From Bacillota bacterium (GTDB lineage Bacteria > Bacillota > Sulfobacillia > JAJZYS01 > JAJYTV01), in NCBI GenBank assembly GCA_021793215.1, contig JAJYTE010000004.1:46923-110922 (forward strand): 64,000 nt of DNA, read 5' to 3'. Below the pieces are notes generated by a model that was given only the letters and a program-made list of their open reading frames with translations, was not told where the DNA came from and did no database searches. The stretch's first letter is position 1. Each line of letters begins with the position of its first letter. Shown here piece by piece: positions 47,296 through 57,448 of the stretch. The translations under genes were made by a program, and so were the position numbers.

Positions 47296-48714
47296 TCACG
47301 CTTCCTGCTCAGCTCGGCGGCGCGGGCGCACGAACAGGTAGACGATCAGGAAGAGGGCGGTAACCGCGACACCAAGGCCGAGCGACAGCATCTGGTGCGG
47401 TGCCAGCGGGGCCGTCGCGATGATCGCGACCAGCACCACGATCTCGAGGATGCTGATCCAGGGGTGCCACGGCACCTTGAGGCGCAGGCGCTCGGGATGC
47501 TCCTTGACGAGGTGGCGGCGGTAGTAGATCTGTGTCAGGACGATCAGCACCCAGATGAACAGCGCCTGGAAGCCCGTTGCCGTGACGAGGTAGAGGAACG
47601 CGGTCTTCGGCAGGAAGTAGGTGAGGAGAGTCACCGCGACCAGCAGCACTCCCGTCGCGGCATTCGCAGCGCGCGGCGGGCTGTCCCCCTTCTCCTCGAA
47701 CCAGTGCGGAGCGTCCTTCGCCTTGGAGAGCCCTGCCAGCACGCGGTCGGTGGCGAATAGGCCTGCGTTCATCGCCGAGAGGACCGCGAGCAGGATCACG
47801 CCGTTGAAGATCTGGCCCACGGCCGGCCAGGGCGCCTTGTGCAGCGCCGCGAGGAAGGGGCTCACTCCACTCGTCGGAACCTGGTTCCAGGGGATGACCG
47901 CGGTGATCGCCAGGGCGGAGCCGATGTACAGGAAGTAGACCATGGCGGCGCTATTGTGCACCGCGGGCCCGATGGTCCGCTCCGGGTTGCGCACGCTCGC
48001 GGCCGCGAGGCCGAGCACCCCGGTGCCGGCCATCGAGAACATCACGAGGATCATCGCCGCCGCGACGCCGCGAAGGCCCATGGGGAAGAACCCTCCGGCA
48101 CTGCTCCAGCTCGCGGTGCCGTTGCCAAGGTGCACGGGCCAACCCACGAACACGATCAGTGCGAACAGGACGATGAACAGGGCGATCGCCGTGACCTTGA
48201 TCACCGCCATGCCGGACTCCACTTCGCTGAAGCCCCTCACCGTCAGGAAGTTGATGCCCACGATGATCAGGGCGAACGCCGTCGAGATGACCCAGGTGGG
48301 CAGGTGCGGCAGCCAGACGTGCGTGAAGATGCCGGCCGCCGTCGCCTCGGCGGCGAGGTTCAGGACGCTCGAGAACCAGAAGATCCACCCTCCGACGAAC
48401 GTGAAGCCTGGCCCGAGCGCCCTGCGGGAGTAGACGAGGAACGATCCCTTCTCCGGATCCGCCGCCGACATCTCGGCGAGCGCCGTGACCTCGATCGCCA
48501 TCACCGTCGCGCCGATCAGGTATGCGAGGATGACGCCGGGGCCGGCGAGCCGGATCGCCTGACCGCTGGCGAGGAACAGGCCGGATCCGATGATGCCCCC
48601 GACGGTCATCATGGTGAGCTGCGGCGTCCGAAGATCCTTCCCCTGGACTTCCTTGCCAGCGTACCGCTTGGACAGATGGCTTTGCGTGGCGCGTTCGCGC
48701 GTGAAAATTCCCAT
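47296..48714 (-). CDS. Amino acid permease (APC superfamily)
   Basis: VGGIIGSGLFLASG, ALAEMS, multiple TM segments, SPF and NGVILLAVLSAMN; exact start uncertain. Confidence 0.9.
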   Translation of the reverse strand: MGIFTRERATQSHLSKRYAGKEVQGKDLRTPQLTMMTVGGIIGSGLFLASGQAIRLAGPGVILAYLIGATVMAIEVTALAEMSAADPEKGSFLVYSRRALGPGFTFVGGWIFWFSSVLNLAAEATAAGIFTHVWLPHLPTWVISTAFALIIVGINFLTVRGFSEVESGMAVIKVTAIALFIVLFALIVFVGWPVHLGNGTASWSSAGGFFPMGLRGVAAAMILVMFSMAGTGVLGLAAASVRNPERTIGPAVHNSAAMVYFLYIGSALAITAVIPWNQVPTSGVSPFLAALHKAPWPAVGQIFNGVILLAVLSAMNAGLFATDRVLAGLSKAKDAPHWFEEKGDSPPRAANAATGVLLVAVTLLTYFLPKTAFLYLVTATGFQALFIWVLIVLTQIYYRRHLVKEHPERLRLKVPWHPWISILEIVVLVAIIATAPLAPHQMLSLGLGVAVTALFLIVYLFVRPRRRAEQEA

Positions 48715-48862
48715 GCCCTTCAGTTGCCCCGTTCGGCCAGCTCGCATGCGATCTCCTGGCGCTGCGCACGGCTGAAGCAAACGCGTACACTGGACAAGGG
48801 CGGCTATGCCGTGCAAGAAAGCAAGCAAAGGGGGTCCTCCCCGGCGCCACGCCGGGGCTCAC

Positions 48863-50557
<1,695 letters not shown>

Positions 50558-50560
50558 GGC

Positions 50561-50600
50561 AGGAGGGCGGTGCCCGGCTGAGGCCGTGCACCGCCCTCCT
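50561..50600 (+). terminator. Hairpin after hutU
   Basis: AGGAGGGCGGTGC...GCACCGCCCTCCT, 13-bp outer stem. Confidence 0.65.
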
Positions 50601-50624
50601 CATTCAAAATGACCCAAGCAATGT

Positions 50625-50646
50625 CCCAAACTGTATACACGTTGGG
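50625..50646. promoter_or_regulatory. Palindrome upstream of the HTH/S24-like regulator
   Basis: CCCAA-ac-TGTATACA-cg-TTGGG, overlapping a TATACA -10-like hexamer. Confidence 0.5.
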
Positions 50647-50685
50647 CAAAGGAAGCCTCGGCCAGTCGGGGAAACGCCCTGACAT

Positions 50686-51210
50686 ATGGATCGCCAAGGG
50701 ATCGACCCAGTTGCCCGCATGGCACAACTTGTCCGACAGCGCCCGACGATCTCCGGACGGGAACTCGCGTCCAGTTGCGGGTTCGCCGAACCGAAGAGTC
50801 TGTACTACCACCTGCGCAAGCATGGCTACCGTGGCTTGAACCACTTCAAGGAGAGCGTGCTGCGTCCTCCGGACCAGACGCTTCAGCTGGCGGAGGACGC
50901 GGCCGCCTACGCCGGCGAAGAGGCGCCTTGGCCTCCGACCGACGTCGCGTTCGCGTACCGCTGGTTCACGCTGGACGCCATGCCGTTCGTCTCGCCCGGA
51001 GACCTCGTGTTGGGCAACGCGATGAGGCCGTGGCGCGAGGGGGAGTTGCTGCTCTACCGCGAAGAGGGACGGCTGCGCCTCGCGCATTACTATGAGGACG
51101 ACAGCGCCCCGCGCTACGCGCCGCTCGGGCGCGCGCCGGGGCTGCGAGAAGGAGAGCCTCCCGGCCTGATCGGCCGTGTGACGGGGATCTTTCGCCTTAC
51201 TGCTCCCTGA
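50686..51210 (+). CDS. Putative transcriptional regulator: N-terminal HTH plus degenerate S24/LexA-like C-terminal domain
   Basis: TISGRELASSCGFAEPKSLYYHLRKHGYRGLNHFK HTH; AFAYR...DAMPFVSPGDLVL...GELLL...LIGRVTGIFR resembles the S24 fold. Confidence 0.7.
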   Translation: MDRQGIDPVARMAQLVRQRPTISGRELASSCGFAEPKSLYYHLRKHGYRGLNHFKESVLRPPDQTLQLAEDAAAYAGEEAPWPPTDVAFAYRWFTLDAMPFVSPGDLVLGNAMRPWREGELLLYREEGRLRLAHYYEDDSAPRYAPLGRAPGLREGEPPGLIGRVTGIFRLTAP

Positions 51211-51835
51211 GGAATCGGTAGGCGGCGGCGGCGGCATGCGCCGTCGCTTCCTGCTTGCTTGGGCCGGCGCCGCGCCCGCGCTCCGCGCCGTCCACGAGGG
51301 CCGCCATGGTGAAGGTTGGGTGATGCGGCGGGCCCTCCTGGCCAACCAGGAGGAACTTGACGTCGAGGCCCCTTTCTTGCGCCAGTTCATGCAGGCGTGA
51401 GCGCGCGTCGCGTAGCGGCAGCGGCGGGTTCTCGAGGAACGGCGCGAACACCTGGCGCACCCATTCTCGCGTTCGCTGTAGACCATGCTCCAGGTAGTGC
51501 GCGCCGACGACCGCCTCGAACGCATCCGCGAGCAGCGATGGCTTCTCGCGGCCCCCGGTCAGCTCCTCGCCGCGTCCCAGCCGCAGCTGCTCGCCGAGGC
51601 CGTGCTCCTTCGCCAGCTGCGCCAGCGACTCCTCGCAGACCATCGCCGCGCGGCGCATGGTCAGTTCGCCTTCCGGCAGATCTGGAAAGCGCTCGTAGAG
51701 GAGCTCAGCCACGAATAGGCCGAGCACTGCGTCCCCGAGGAACTCGAGGCGCTGGTTGGTCTCCTGCAACCCCTGCTCGCTGGCGTACGACGGGTGCGTC
51801 AGCGCGAGGCGCAGGAGCGGCGAGGGATCAGGCAT
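51197..51835 (-). CDS. rnc: Ribonuclease III
   Basis: ALTHPSY, NQRLEFLGDAVL, ADAFEAVVGA, dsRBD. Confidence 0.96.
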   Translation of the reverse strand: MPDPSPLLRLALTHPSYASEQGLQETNQRLEFLGDAVLGLFVAELLYERFPDLPEGELTMRRAAMVCEESLAQLAKEHGLGEQLRLGRGEELTGGREKPSLLADAFEAVVGAHYLEHGLQRTREWVRQVFAPFLENPPLPLRDARSRLHELAQERGLDVKFLLVGQEGPPHHPTFTMAALVDGAERGRGAGPSKQEATAHAAAAAYRFLREQ

Positions 51836-53069
51836 CCGCGCGCCTCAGGGCGAGCGTGACGTTCTGGCCGCCGAAGCCGAAGGAGTTCGTCAGGGCGACT
51901 TCGGTCTGCTGATGGCGTGCTTCGTTCGGTACGCAGTCGAGGTCGACCTCGGGGTCGAGATGCTGCAGGTTGATGGTCGGCGGCAGCACGCCCTCGTGTA
52001 GCGCCAGCACCGTGAAGATGGCCTCGACGGCGCCGGCCGCGCCCAGGAGGTGCCCGGTCATCGACTTGGTGGAGCTCACGGCGAGGTTCTTCGCGTGCGT
52101 GCCGAACACGGCGCGTAGCGCGCGTGCCTCGCCGATGTCGCCCTTGGGCGTCGCGGTCGCGTGGGCGTTCACGTAGCCGACGCGCTCCGGCGCGATGTCG
52201 CCATCCTTGAGGGCGGCGCGCATGGCGCGGGCGGCGCCGTCGCCGTCCGGAGCGGGTTCGACCATGTGGTACGCGTCAGCCGTCATGCCGTAGCCGACCA
52301 CCTCCGCGTAGATGTGCGCGCCGCGCGCCAGCGCGCGCTCGCGCTCCTCGAAGACCAGCATGCCGGCGCCCTCGCCCATCACGAACCCGTCTCGGCTTTC
52401 GTCGAAGGGCCGCGATGCGGCCGCCGGATCGTCGTTGCGCTGCGAGAGCGCCTTCATGTTGATGAAGCCGGCGAAGCACAGGGGGAGCAGAACTGCTTCC
52501 CCGCCGCCCGCCAGCATCAGCTCCGCTTCTCCGTACTGGATGCGGCGGAAGGCCTCGCCCAGGGCGTGGGCCGACGACGCGCAGGCTGTAACCGTCGTCA
52601 TGTTCGGTCCGCGCATATCGAAGCGGATGGCCACCTGGGCAGCGGCCATGTTCGCGATCATCATCGGGATGAAGAGCGGTGAGACGCGGTCTGGGCCGCG
52701 TTCCAGCAGGATCTGGTGCTGCTCCGTGAGGGTGATGATGCCCCCGATGCCCGTGCCGCAGCTGACGCCCGCTTCGTCCGGGTCGTAGTCCCCCTTGGCG
52801 AGCCCGGCGTCGGCCATCGCCTGATCCGCCGCTGCCACAGCCAGCTGCACGAAGCGGTCGGTGCGGCGCACCTCGCGACGGTCGAGGTACTCACCCGGGT
52901 CGAACCCGCGCACCTCTCCGCCGAAGCGGACGCTGAGACCCGATGTGTCGAAGCTTTCCAAAGGAGCAATTCCAGACTTCCCCGCGACCGCACTGCCCCA
53001 CGACTCCCGGACAGAGAGTCCAAGCGGCGTCAGCGCGCCCATTCCAGTGATGACGACTCGGTGCGGCAA
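51828..53069 (-). CDS. fabF: Beta-ketoacyl-ACP synthase II
   Basis: RVVITGMG, TACASS, NAHATATP, GHLLGAAG, NSFGFGG; TTG start 53069. Confidence 0.97.
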   Translation of the reverse strand: MPHRVVITGMGALTPLGLSVRESWGSAVAGKSGIAPLESFDTSGLSVRFGGEVRGFDPGEYLDRREVRRTDRFVQLAVAAADQAMADAGLAKGDYDPDEAGVSCGTGIGGIITLTEQHQILLERGPDRVSPLFIPMMIANMAAAQVAIRFDMRGPNMTTVTACASSAHALGEAFRRIQYGEAELMLAGGGEAVLLPLCFAGFINMKALSQRNDDPAAASRPFDESRDGFVMGEGAGMLVFEERERALARGAHIYAEVVGYGMTADAYHMVEPAPDGDGAARAMRAALKDGDIAPERVGYVNAHATATPKGDIGEARALRAVFGTHAKNLAVSSTKSMTGHLLGAAGAVEAIFTVLALHEGVLPPTINLQHLDPEVDLDCVPNEARHQQTEVALTNSFGFGGQNVTLALRRADA

Positions 53070-53087
53070 CTTTATGGCCCCCCAATG

Positions 53088-53119
53088 GACCGACGGGGAG
53101 CCTAGGCTCCCCGTCGGTC
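53088..53119. repeat. Perfect 32-bp palindrome between acpP and fabF
   Basis: GACCGACGGGGAGCCT|AGGCTCCCCGTCGGTC. Confidence 0.85.
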
Positions 53120-53127
53120 GGCGCGTT

Positions 53128-53370
53128 CTAGGCGCGCTCCTTGATGTAATCCACGGCGTCTTGCACCGTGCTGATCTTCTCTGCGTCTTCGTCCGGAATG
53201 TCGAGATCGAATTCTTCTTCAAAGGCCATGATCAGCTCGACGATGTCGAGCGAGTCCGCGCCCAGGTCGTCGATGAATGACGCTTCCGACGTCACCTGCG
53301 CCGCCTCCACGCCGAGCTGGTCGACAATGATGCCACGAACCTTCTCCAGAACCTCGCTTGCGTCGGCCAT
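53128..53370 (-). CDS. acpP: Acyl carrier protein
   Basis: [21 protein letters not shown]. Confidence 0.98.
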   Translation of the reverse strand: MADASEVLEKVRGIIVDQLGVEAAQVTSEASFIDDLGADSLDIVELIMAFEEEFDLDIPDEDAEKISTVQDAVDYIKERA

Positions 53371-53386
53371 CTGCTCACCCCCTTTC

Positions 53387-54124
53387 CTAGCCTGCAGTCA
53401 GCCCACCGTCGACGGGAAGCGTAACCCCTGTGATGTAGGCGGCCTCCGGCCTAGCCAGGAAGGCCACGGCGGCGGCGACGTCCTCCGGCGTGCCCGCCCG
53501 GCCCAGCGGTATGCTGGCCACGAGCGCCTCACGCCCCTTGATGTCCGAGGACATCTCCGTGTCGATCAGGCCTGGTGCCACGGCGTTCACGGTGATGTTC
53601 CGCGACGCCACCTCCTTCGCCACCGAGCGCGTCAGCCCCAGCATCCCCGCCTTCGCGGCGGAGTAGTTCGCTTGGCCGGGGTTCCCGACGAGCCCTGCGA
53701 TCGAGGAGATGTTGATGATCCGGCCGTAGCGCTGGCGCAGCATCGGTTTGAGCGCCGCCCGTACGAGGCGGAACGCGCCCGCGAGGTTCGTCGCCAACAC
53801 GTCGTCGAAGTCGGCGTCCGACATCCGCAGCACAAGGTTATCGCGGGTGATGCCGGCGTTATTCACGAGGACGTCAATCCGGCCGAACGCCTGAGTGACG
53901 GCTTGAACGAGGTGTTCAGCCTCGCCGGGGACGCCGACGTCACCCTGCAGGGCGACGGCATTCCCTCCCGCATCCGCGATCTCCTGCACCACGGCCTCTG
54001 CTTGGGCCGATCCTTGGCGGTAGTTCACCGCGACGTGGAAGCCTTCCTTCGCGAGCGCGAGCGCACAGGCTCGTCCGATCCCACGACTGGCACCGGTGAC
54101 CAATGCGGCCGAAGCAGGCATCAT
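53387..54124 (-). CDS. fabG: 3-oxoacyl-ACP reductase
   Basis: [21 protein letters not shown]; fab operon context. Confidence 0.96.
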   Translation of the reverse strand: MMPASAALVTGASRGIGRACALALAKEGFHVAVNYRQGSAQAEAVVQEIADAGGNAVALQGDVGVPGEAEHLVQAVTQAFGRIDVLVNNAGITRDNLVLRMSDADFDDVLATNLAGAFRLVRAALKPMLRQRYGRIINISSIAGLVGNPGQANYSAAKAGMLGLTRSVAKEVASRNITVNAVAPGLIDTEMSSDIKGREALVASIPLGRAGTPEDVAAAVAFLARPEAAYITGVTLPVDGGLTAG

Positions 54125-54125
54125 C

Positions 54126-55055
54126 CTAGCAAACCTCCTTGGTCCAATCAAGCACGGCAGCAAGATCGGCCAGATTGTCGGTCGTGTGGAACGAAACCGA
54201 TCGGTCGATGCGGCGCAGGAAGCCGACTTGGGAGCGACCTGGACCTACCTCGACGAACTGGTCGAACCCCTCTCCGAGCAGGTACGAGAGCGAGTCCGAG
54301 AAGCGCACCGGCCGGTAGACCTGCTGCGCCAGCGTCTCGACAACACCCTCCATCTCCGTCGGCCGGGCCGTCATGTTGGCGACGACAGGAAAGCGCGGCG
54401 CACCCCAGTGCAAGCGCTCGAGGGCCGGGCGAAGCGCGGCACCCGCAGGTTCGAGGAGGGAACTGTGGAAGGGGGCCGAGACCGAGAGGCGCACACTGCG
54501 CGCGCCGCGCTCGGAGACCTTCTCCGCCATCCAGTCGAGCGCCGCAGGGCGGCCCGCTACGACGACTTGACCCGGCGCGTTGTAGTTCGCCGGCTCCAGT
54601 GGTGCGGGCGCCTCCCGGCAGAGGGCCTCTACCTCCACGTCGTCGAGGCCGAGCACGGCCAGCATGCCGCCAGTGCCCTCCGGGACCGCATCCTGCATGA
54701 GCTTGCCGCGCAAATGCACGAGCGGCAGCGCTTCCTGCCAGGCGAGACTGCCGGCCGCGACGTGCGCGCCGTACTCGCCGAGCGAGAGGCCAAGGGCTGC
54801 CTGCGCCCTCAGACCTCCCGCCTCGAGCACCTTCCAGGTGGCCACCGACACGGTCAGGATGGCTGGCTGCGTCCATTCTGTGCGGCGCAGTTCCTCGTGC
54901 GTGCCCTCGAAGCAGATGCGGCGCAGCGGCAACGAGACGATCTCCTCCGCCTCCAAGAACAGCTCTCGCGCCTCGGGGTAGGCGTCGTAGATCTCCTTGC
55001 CCATGCCGGGGTACTGGGCACCCTGGCCAGCGAACAGCAGTGCGGTCCCGCTCAT
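54126..55055 (-). CDS. fabD: Malonyl-CoA:ACP transacylase
   Basis: FAGQGAQ, GLSLGEY, SAPFHS. Confidence 0.96.
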   Translation of the reverse strand: MSGTALLFAGQGAQYPGMGKEIYDAYPEARELFLEAEEIVSLPLRRICFEGTHEELRRTEWTQPAILTVSVATWKVLEAGGLRAQAALGLSLGEYGAHVAAGSLAWQEALPLVHLRGKLMQDAVPEGTGGMLAVLGLDDVEVEALCREAPAPLEPANYNAPGQVVVAGRPAALDWMAEKVSERGARSVRLSVSAPFHSSLLEPAGAALRPALERLHWGAPRFPVVANMTARPTEMEGVVETLAQQVYRPVRFSDSLSYLLGEGFDQFVEVGPGRSQVGFLRRIDRSVSFHTTDNLADLAAVLDWTKEVC

Positions 55056-56044
55056 CCCCGTCCCTCCTGCAGTGCACCTTCCATGCGGCGCACCGCGCCG
55101 CACTGCACGTACTCGCTGGCGACGCGTACTCCGTTGTGCACCGCGAGCGCGCGCGAGCTGCCGTGGCACTTGATCACTGGCCCGCGCACGCCGAAGAGCG
55201 GTGCGCCGCCGTAGGTAGCGTAGTCGAGGGTGCTCGCGACGGCGCGCAGGCGCTGGCGCACGAGCACGCTGCCGAGCTTCGTCTGGAAGCCGCGCGCGAG
55301 TTCCTCGCGCAGCAGTGCGAAGATTCCGATGCCGAGACCCTCGACCGTCTTGAGCAGCACGTTGCCGACGAACCCGTCACAGACGATCACTTGAACGTCT
55401 CCCGACAGGGCCTCGCGCGCCTCGACGTTGCCCGCGAACCGGATCGGCAATTCCTTGAGGAGCGCATAGGCGGCGCGCACGAGGTCGTTGCCCTTCGTCT
55501 CCTCGACGCCGATGTTCAGGAGCGCCACCTGCGGGTTCGGTAGGTGCAGCACGTGCTCCGCGTAGAGGCTGCCGGCCAGCGCGTACTCCACTAGGTCCTC
55601 AGGGCGCGCCTCGACCGACGCTCCAGCGTCCAGCAGCAGCACCGGTCGGTGGGCGAACGTCGGTAGCACGGCCCCTAGCGCCGGCCGGCGCATGATCTTG
55701 CCGAGCCCCAGCAGCGACGCGGTCATCAGGGCACCGGTGTTGCCGGCACTGACGAACGCGTCGCAGCGCCCCTCACTGACCTGGGCGATGCCGACGACGA
55801 TCGAGGAGAGCCGCTTCTGCCGCACGGCCTGCGCGGGCCTTTCATCGGAGCCGATCGCCTCGAGGGCCTCAACGACTGCGTAGTCGGCGCCCGCCGTTGC
55901 CTCGTCCGTCAGGAGCGGAGCGAGAGCGTCCTGGCGCCCGACGAGCGCGATGGGAATGCCGTGCTGGCGCGACGCGTCCAGGGCACCGCGCACGATGTCC
56001 GCTGGCGCGTGGTCCCCGCCCATCGCGTCCACTGCGATCCGCAA
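55052..56044 (-). CDS. plsX: Phosphate acyltransferase PlsX
   Basis: IAVDAMGGDHAP, SAGNTGA, LLNIGVEETKG, CDGFVGNVLLK, KCHGSS. Confidence 0.96.
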   Translation of the reverse strand: MRIAVDAMGGDHAPADIVRGALDASRQHGIPIALVGRQDALAPLLTDEATAGADYAVVEALEAIGSDERPAQAVRQKRLSSIVVGIAQVSEGRCDAFVSAGNTGALMTASLLGLGKIMRRPALGAVLPTFAHRPVLLLDAGASVEARPEDLVEYALAGSLYAEHVLHLPNPQVALLNIGVEETKGNDLVRAAYALLKELPIRFAGNVEAREALSGDVQVIVCDGFVGNVLLKTVEGLGIGIFALLREELARGFQTKLGSVLVRQRLRAVASTLDYATYGGAPLFGVRGPVIKCHGSSRALAVHNGVRVASEYVQCGAVRRMEGALQEGRG

Positions 56045-56046
56045 CC

Positions 56047-56595
56047 CTACGCCCCCTCGCCCAGTACCTCGAACTTGCCGCGAAAGACTTCGTCCCCTCC
56101 TGCCCGCACGAGGGCGAGAACGACCTGCCGGCCAAGGCTGCGACGGATCACCTGTGCCTTGGCGATCAACGTCTCTCCGACCTGCACGCCGCGCCGGAAC
56201 TTGACGCGGGCAAGAACGATCTTCGCTCCCTCGATGTCGACGACGGCCAAAGCGAGCGTCTCCGCCTGGGCGTAGAGGAAATGTCCCTGCACCTCGTCTG
56301 TGCCCGAGAACGCGAGCTCGCGGGAGGTGGAGATGCGGCTGATCGCCTGCTCCCCTGGCTCAAGGTCGACGAGTTCGCCGAAGACCTGGTGCGCCGTCAG
56401 GAGGCGCGCCGAGCCGTACGCGCGCTCTGCCACGTCGAGCGCCCGCACCCGCATCTCCGGGATCCCTAGCGCCAGACGGTCGAGCCGGATCGTCTGGACA
56501 CTGACGGATAGTTTGCTGGCAAGGTCCCGGTCGGTCACGAACGGATCGGCGAGCAGTGCCTCGTGCACCTGCGAGCGGCGATGTTTTCGATCCAC
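56047..56595 (-). CDS. fapR: Fatty acid biosynthesis regulator FapR
   Basis: DPFVTDRDLA...VSVQTIRLDRLALGIPEMRVR; hot-dog domain GHFLYAQA; first gene of the plsX operon. Confidence 0.93.
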   Translation of the reverse strand: MDRKHRRSQVHEALLADPFVTDRDLASKLSVSVQTIRLDRLALGIPEMRVRALDVAERAYGSARLLTAHQVFGELVDLEPGEQAISRISTSRELAFSGTDEVQGHFLYAQAETLALAVVDIEGAKIVLARVKFRRGVQVGETLIAKAQVIRRSLGRQVVLALVRAGGDEVFRGKFEVLGEGA

Positions 56596-56605
56596 GTCGG
56601 CCCTT

Positions 56606-56655
56606 CCTACCTAGTATTAGCACCTAGTATAGCAAGGGGCTGTCTACGGTGGCAA
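56606..56655 (-). promoter_or_regulatory. fapR operon promoter with FapR operator-like sites
   Basis: TTGCCA-N18-TATACT (extended TG); TTAGCACCTAGTATAG resembles the FapR box; ACCTAGTAT repeated at 56609 and 56622. Confidence 0.7.
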
Positions 56656-56677
56656 CAGGACCATCATCGCCGAAGGA

Positions 56678-56714
56678 CAGTAGAGGACCCCGGCTCCGCC
56701 GGGGTCCTCTACTG
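56678..56714 (-). terminator. Hairpin after rpmF
   Basis: CAGTAGAGGACCCCGGC-tcc-GCCGGGGTCCTCTACTG, 17-bp stem. Confidence 0.75.
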
Positions 56715-56723
56715 GTGCAAATC

Positions 56724-56900
56724 TCAGTCCACGTGGACGGCCTCGCGCCCGTCGTAGTACCCGCAGTTCTGGCAGGCGTGGTGCGGTACCCGAAGCTTTT
56801 TGCATTGGGGGCACGGGGTCAAGGTCAGGGGCGAAAGCTTCCAGTTGGCGCGGCGCGAGTCGCGCCGGGCCTTGGAGTGCCTACGCTTGGGGACGGCCAT
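56724..56900 (-). CDS. rpmF: 50S ribosomal protein L32 (Zn-binding form); not in the ORF track
   Basis: Manual translation MAVPKRRHSKARRDSRRANWKLSPLTLTPCPQCKKLRVPHHACQNCGYYDGREAVHVD. Confidence 0.97.
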   Translation of the reverse strand: MAVPKRRHSKARRDSRRANWKLSPLTLTPCPQCKKLRVPHHACQNCGYYDGREAVHVD

Positions 56901-57398
56901 CTACGATCGCTTCTCCTCTCCGGACCCAAGAAACTCTTTGAGCCGCTCCAGCCGCGGGTCGATCTCGTCATCGCGACACTCGCAAGGACCCTCGTTCAAG
57001 TCCTTTCCGCAGGTCGGGCAGATCCCTTTGCAGTCCTGGCGGCACAGCACGCGCAACGGCTCCTCCAGCAGGACGGCTTCGCTGACCAGCGGTTCGACAT
57101 CGAGCGTGTCCTCGACGACGGAGGGCCACGGACCCGTCAGCGCGTACGTCTCCTCGACGCGCGCGTCTACCGGCAGCGTCACCGGCGCGAGGCACCGCGC
57201 GCATTCCCGCTGCGCTGTCCCTTCGACTCCGATCGCAGCTTCAATCCCCTGCGCCCCGAGGTTCGTCAACGTTCCGAAAACCTGCAGGTCGCCCGCAAGC
57301 CCGAGTTGCGGCAGATCCGCCGGCGTGACGCGAAGGTTGATCTCTTCCTGGGCCCCGACATCGTGGCGCCTGAGTGCGCCGACACTTACGCCGAGCAT
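56901..57398 (-). CDS. YceD/YlbN (DUF177) protein
   Basis: ECARCL, LCRQDCKGICPTCGKDLNEGPCEC, DPRL; upstream of rpmF. Confidence 0.92.
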   Translation of the reverse strand: MLGVSVGALRRHDVGAQEEINLRVTPADLPQLGLAGDLQVFGTLTNLGAQGIEAAIGVEGTAQRECARCLAPVTLPVDARVEETYALTGPWPSVVEDTLDVEPLVSEAVLLEEPLRVLCRQDCKGICPTCGKDLNEGPCECRDDEIDPRLERLKEFLGSGEEKRS

Positions 57399-57419
57399 GG
57401 CACCACCTCGACTCCGCCT

Positions 57420-57448
57420 AGTATACGGTTCGCCCCGGAGAGCGTCAA
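57420..57448 (-). promoter_or_regulatory. Sigma-A promoter of yceD-rpmF
   Basis: TTGACG-N17-TATACT; the -35 contains the stop codon of the upstream gene. Confidence 0.75.

Noticed and set aside
50632-50639. TGTATACA as a HutC operator
   Set aside because: HutC sites have a spacer between TGTA and TACA, and this site is downstream of hutU rather than at its promoter.
54126-56044. Absence of fabH between plsX and fabD
   Set aside because: Same order as B. subtilis fapR-plsX-fabD-fabG, so not unusual.
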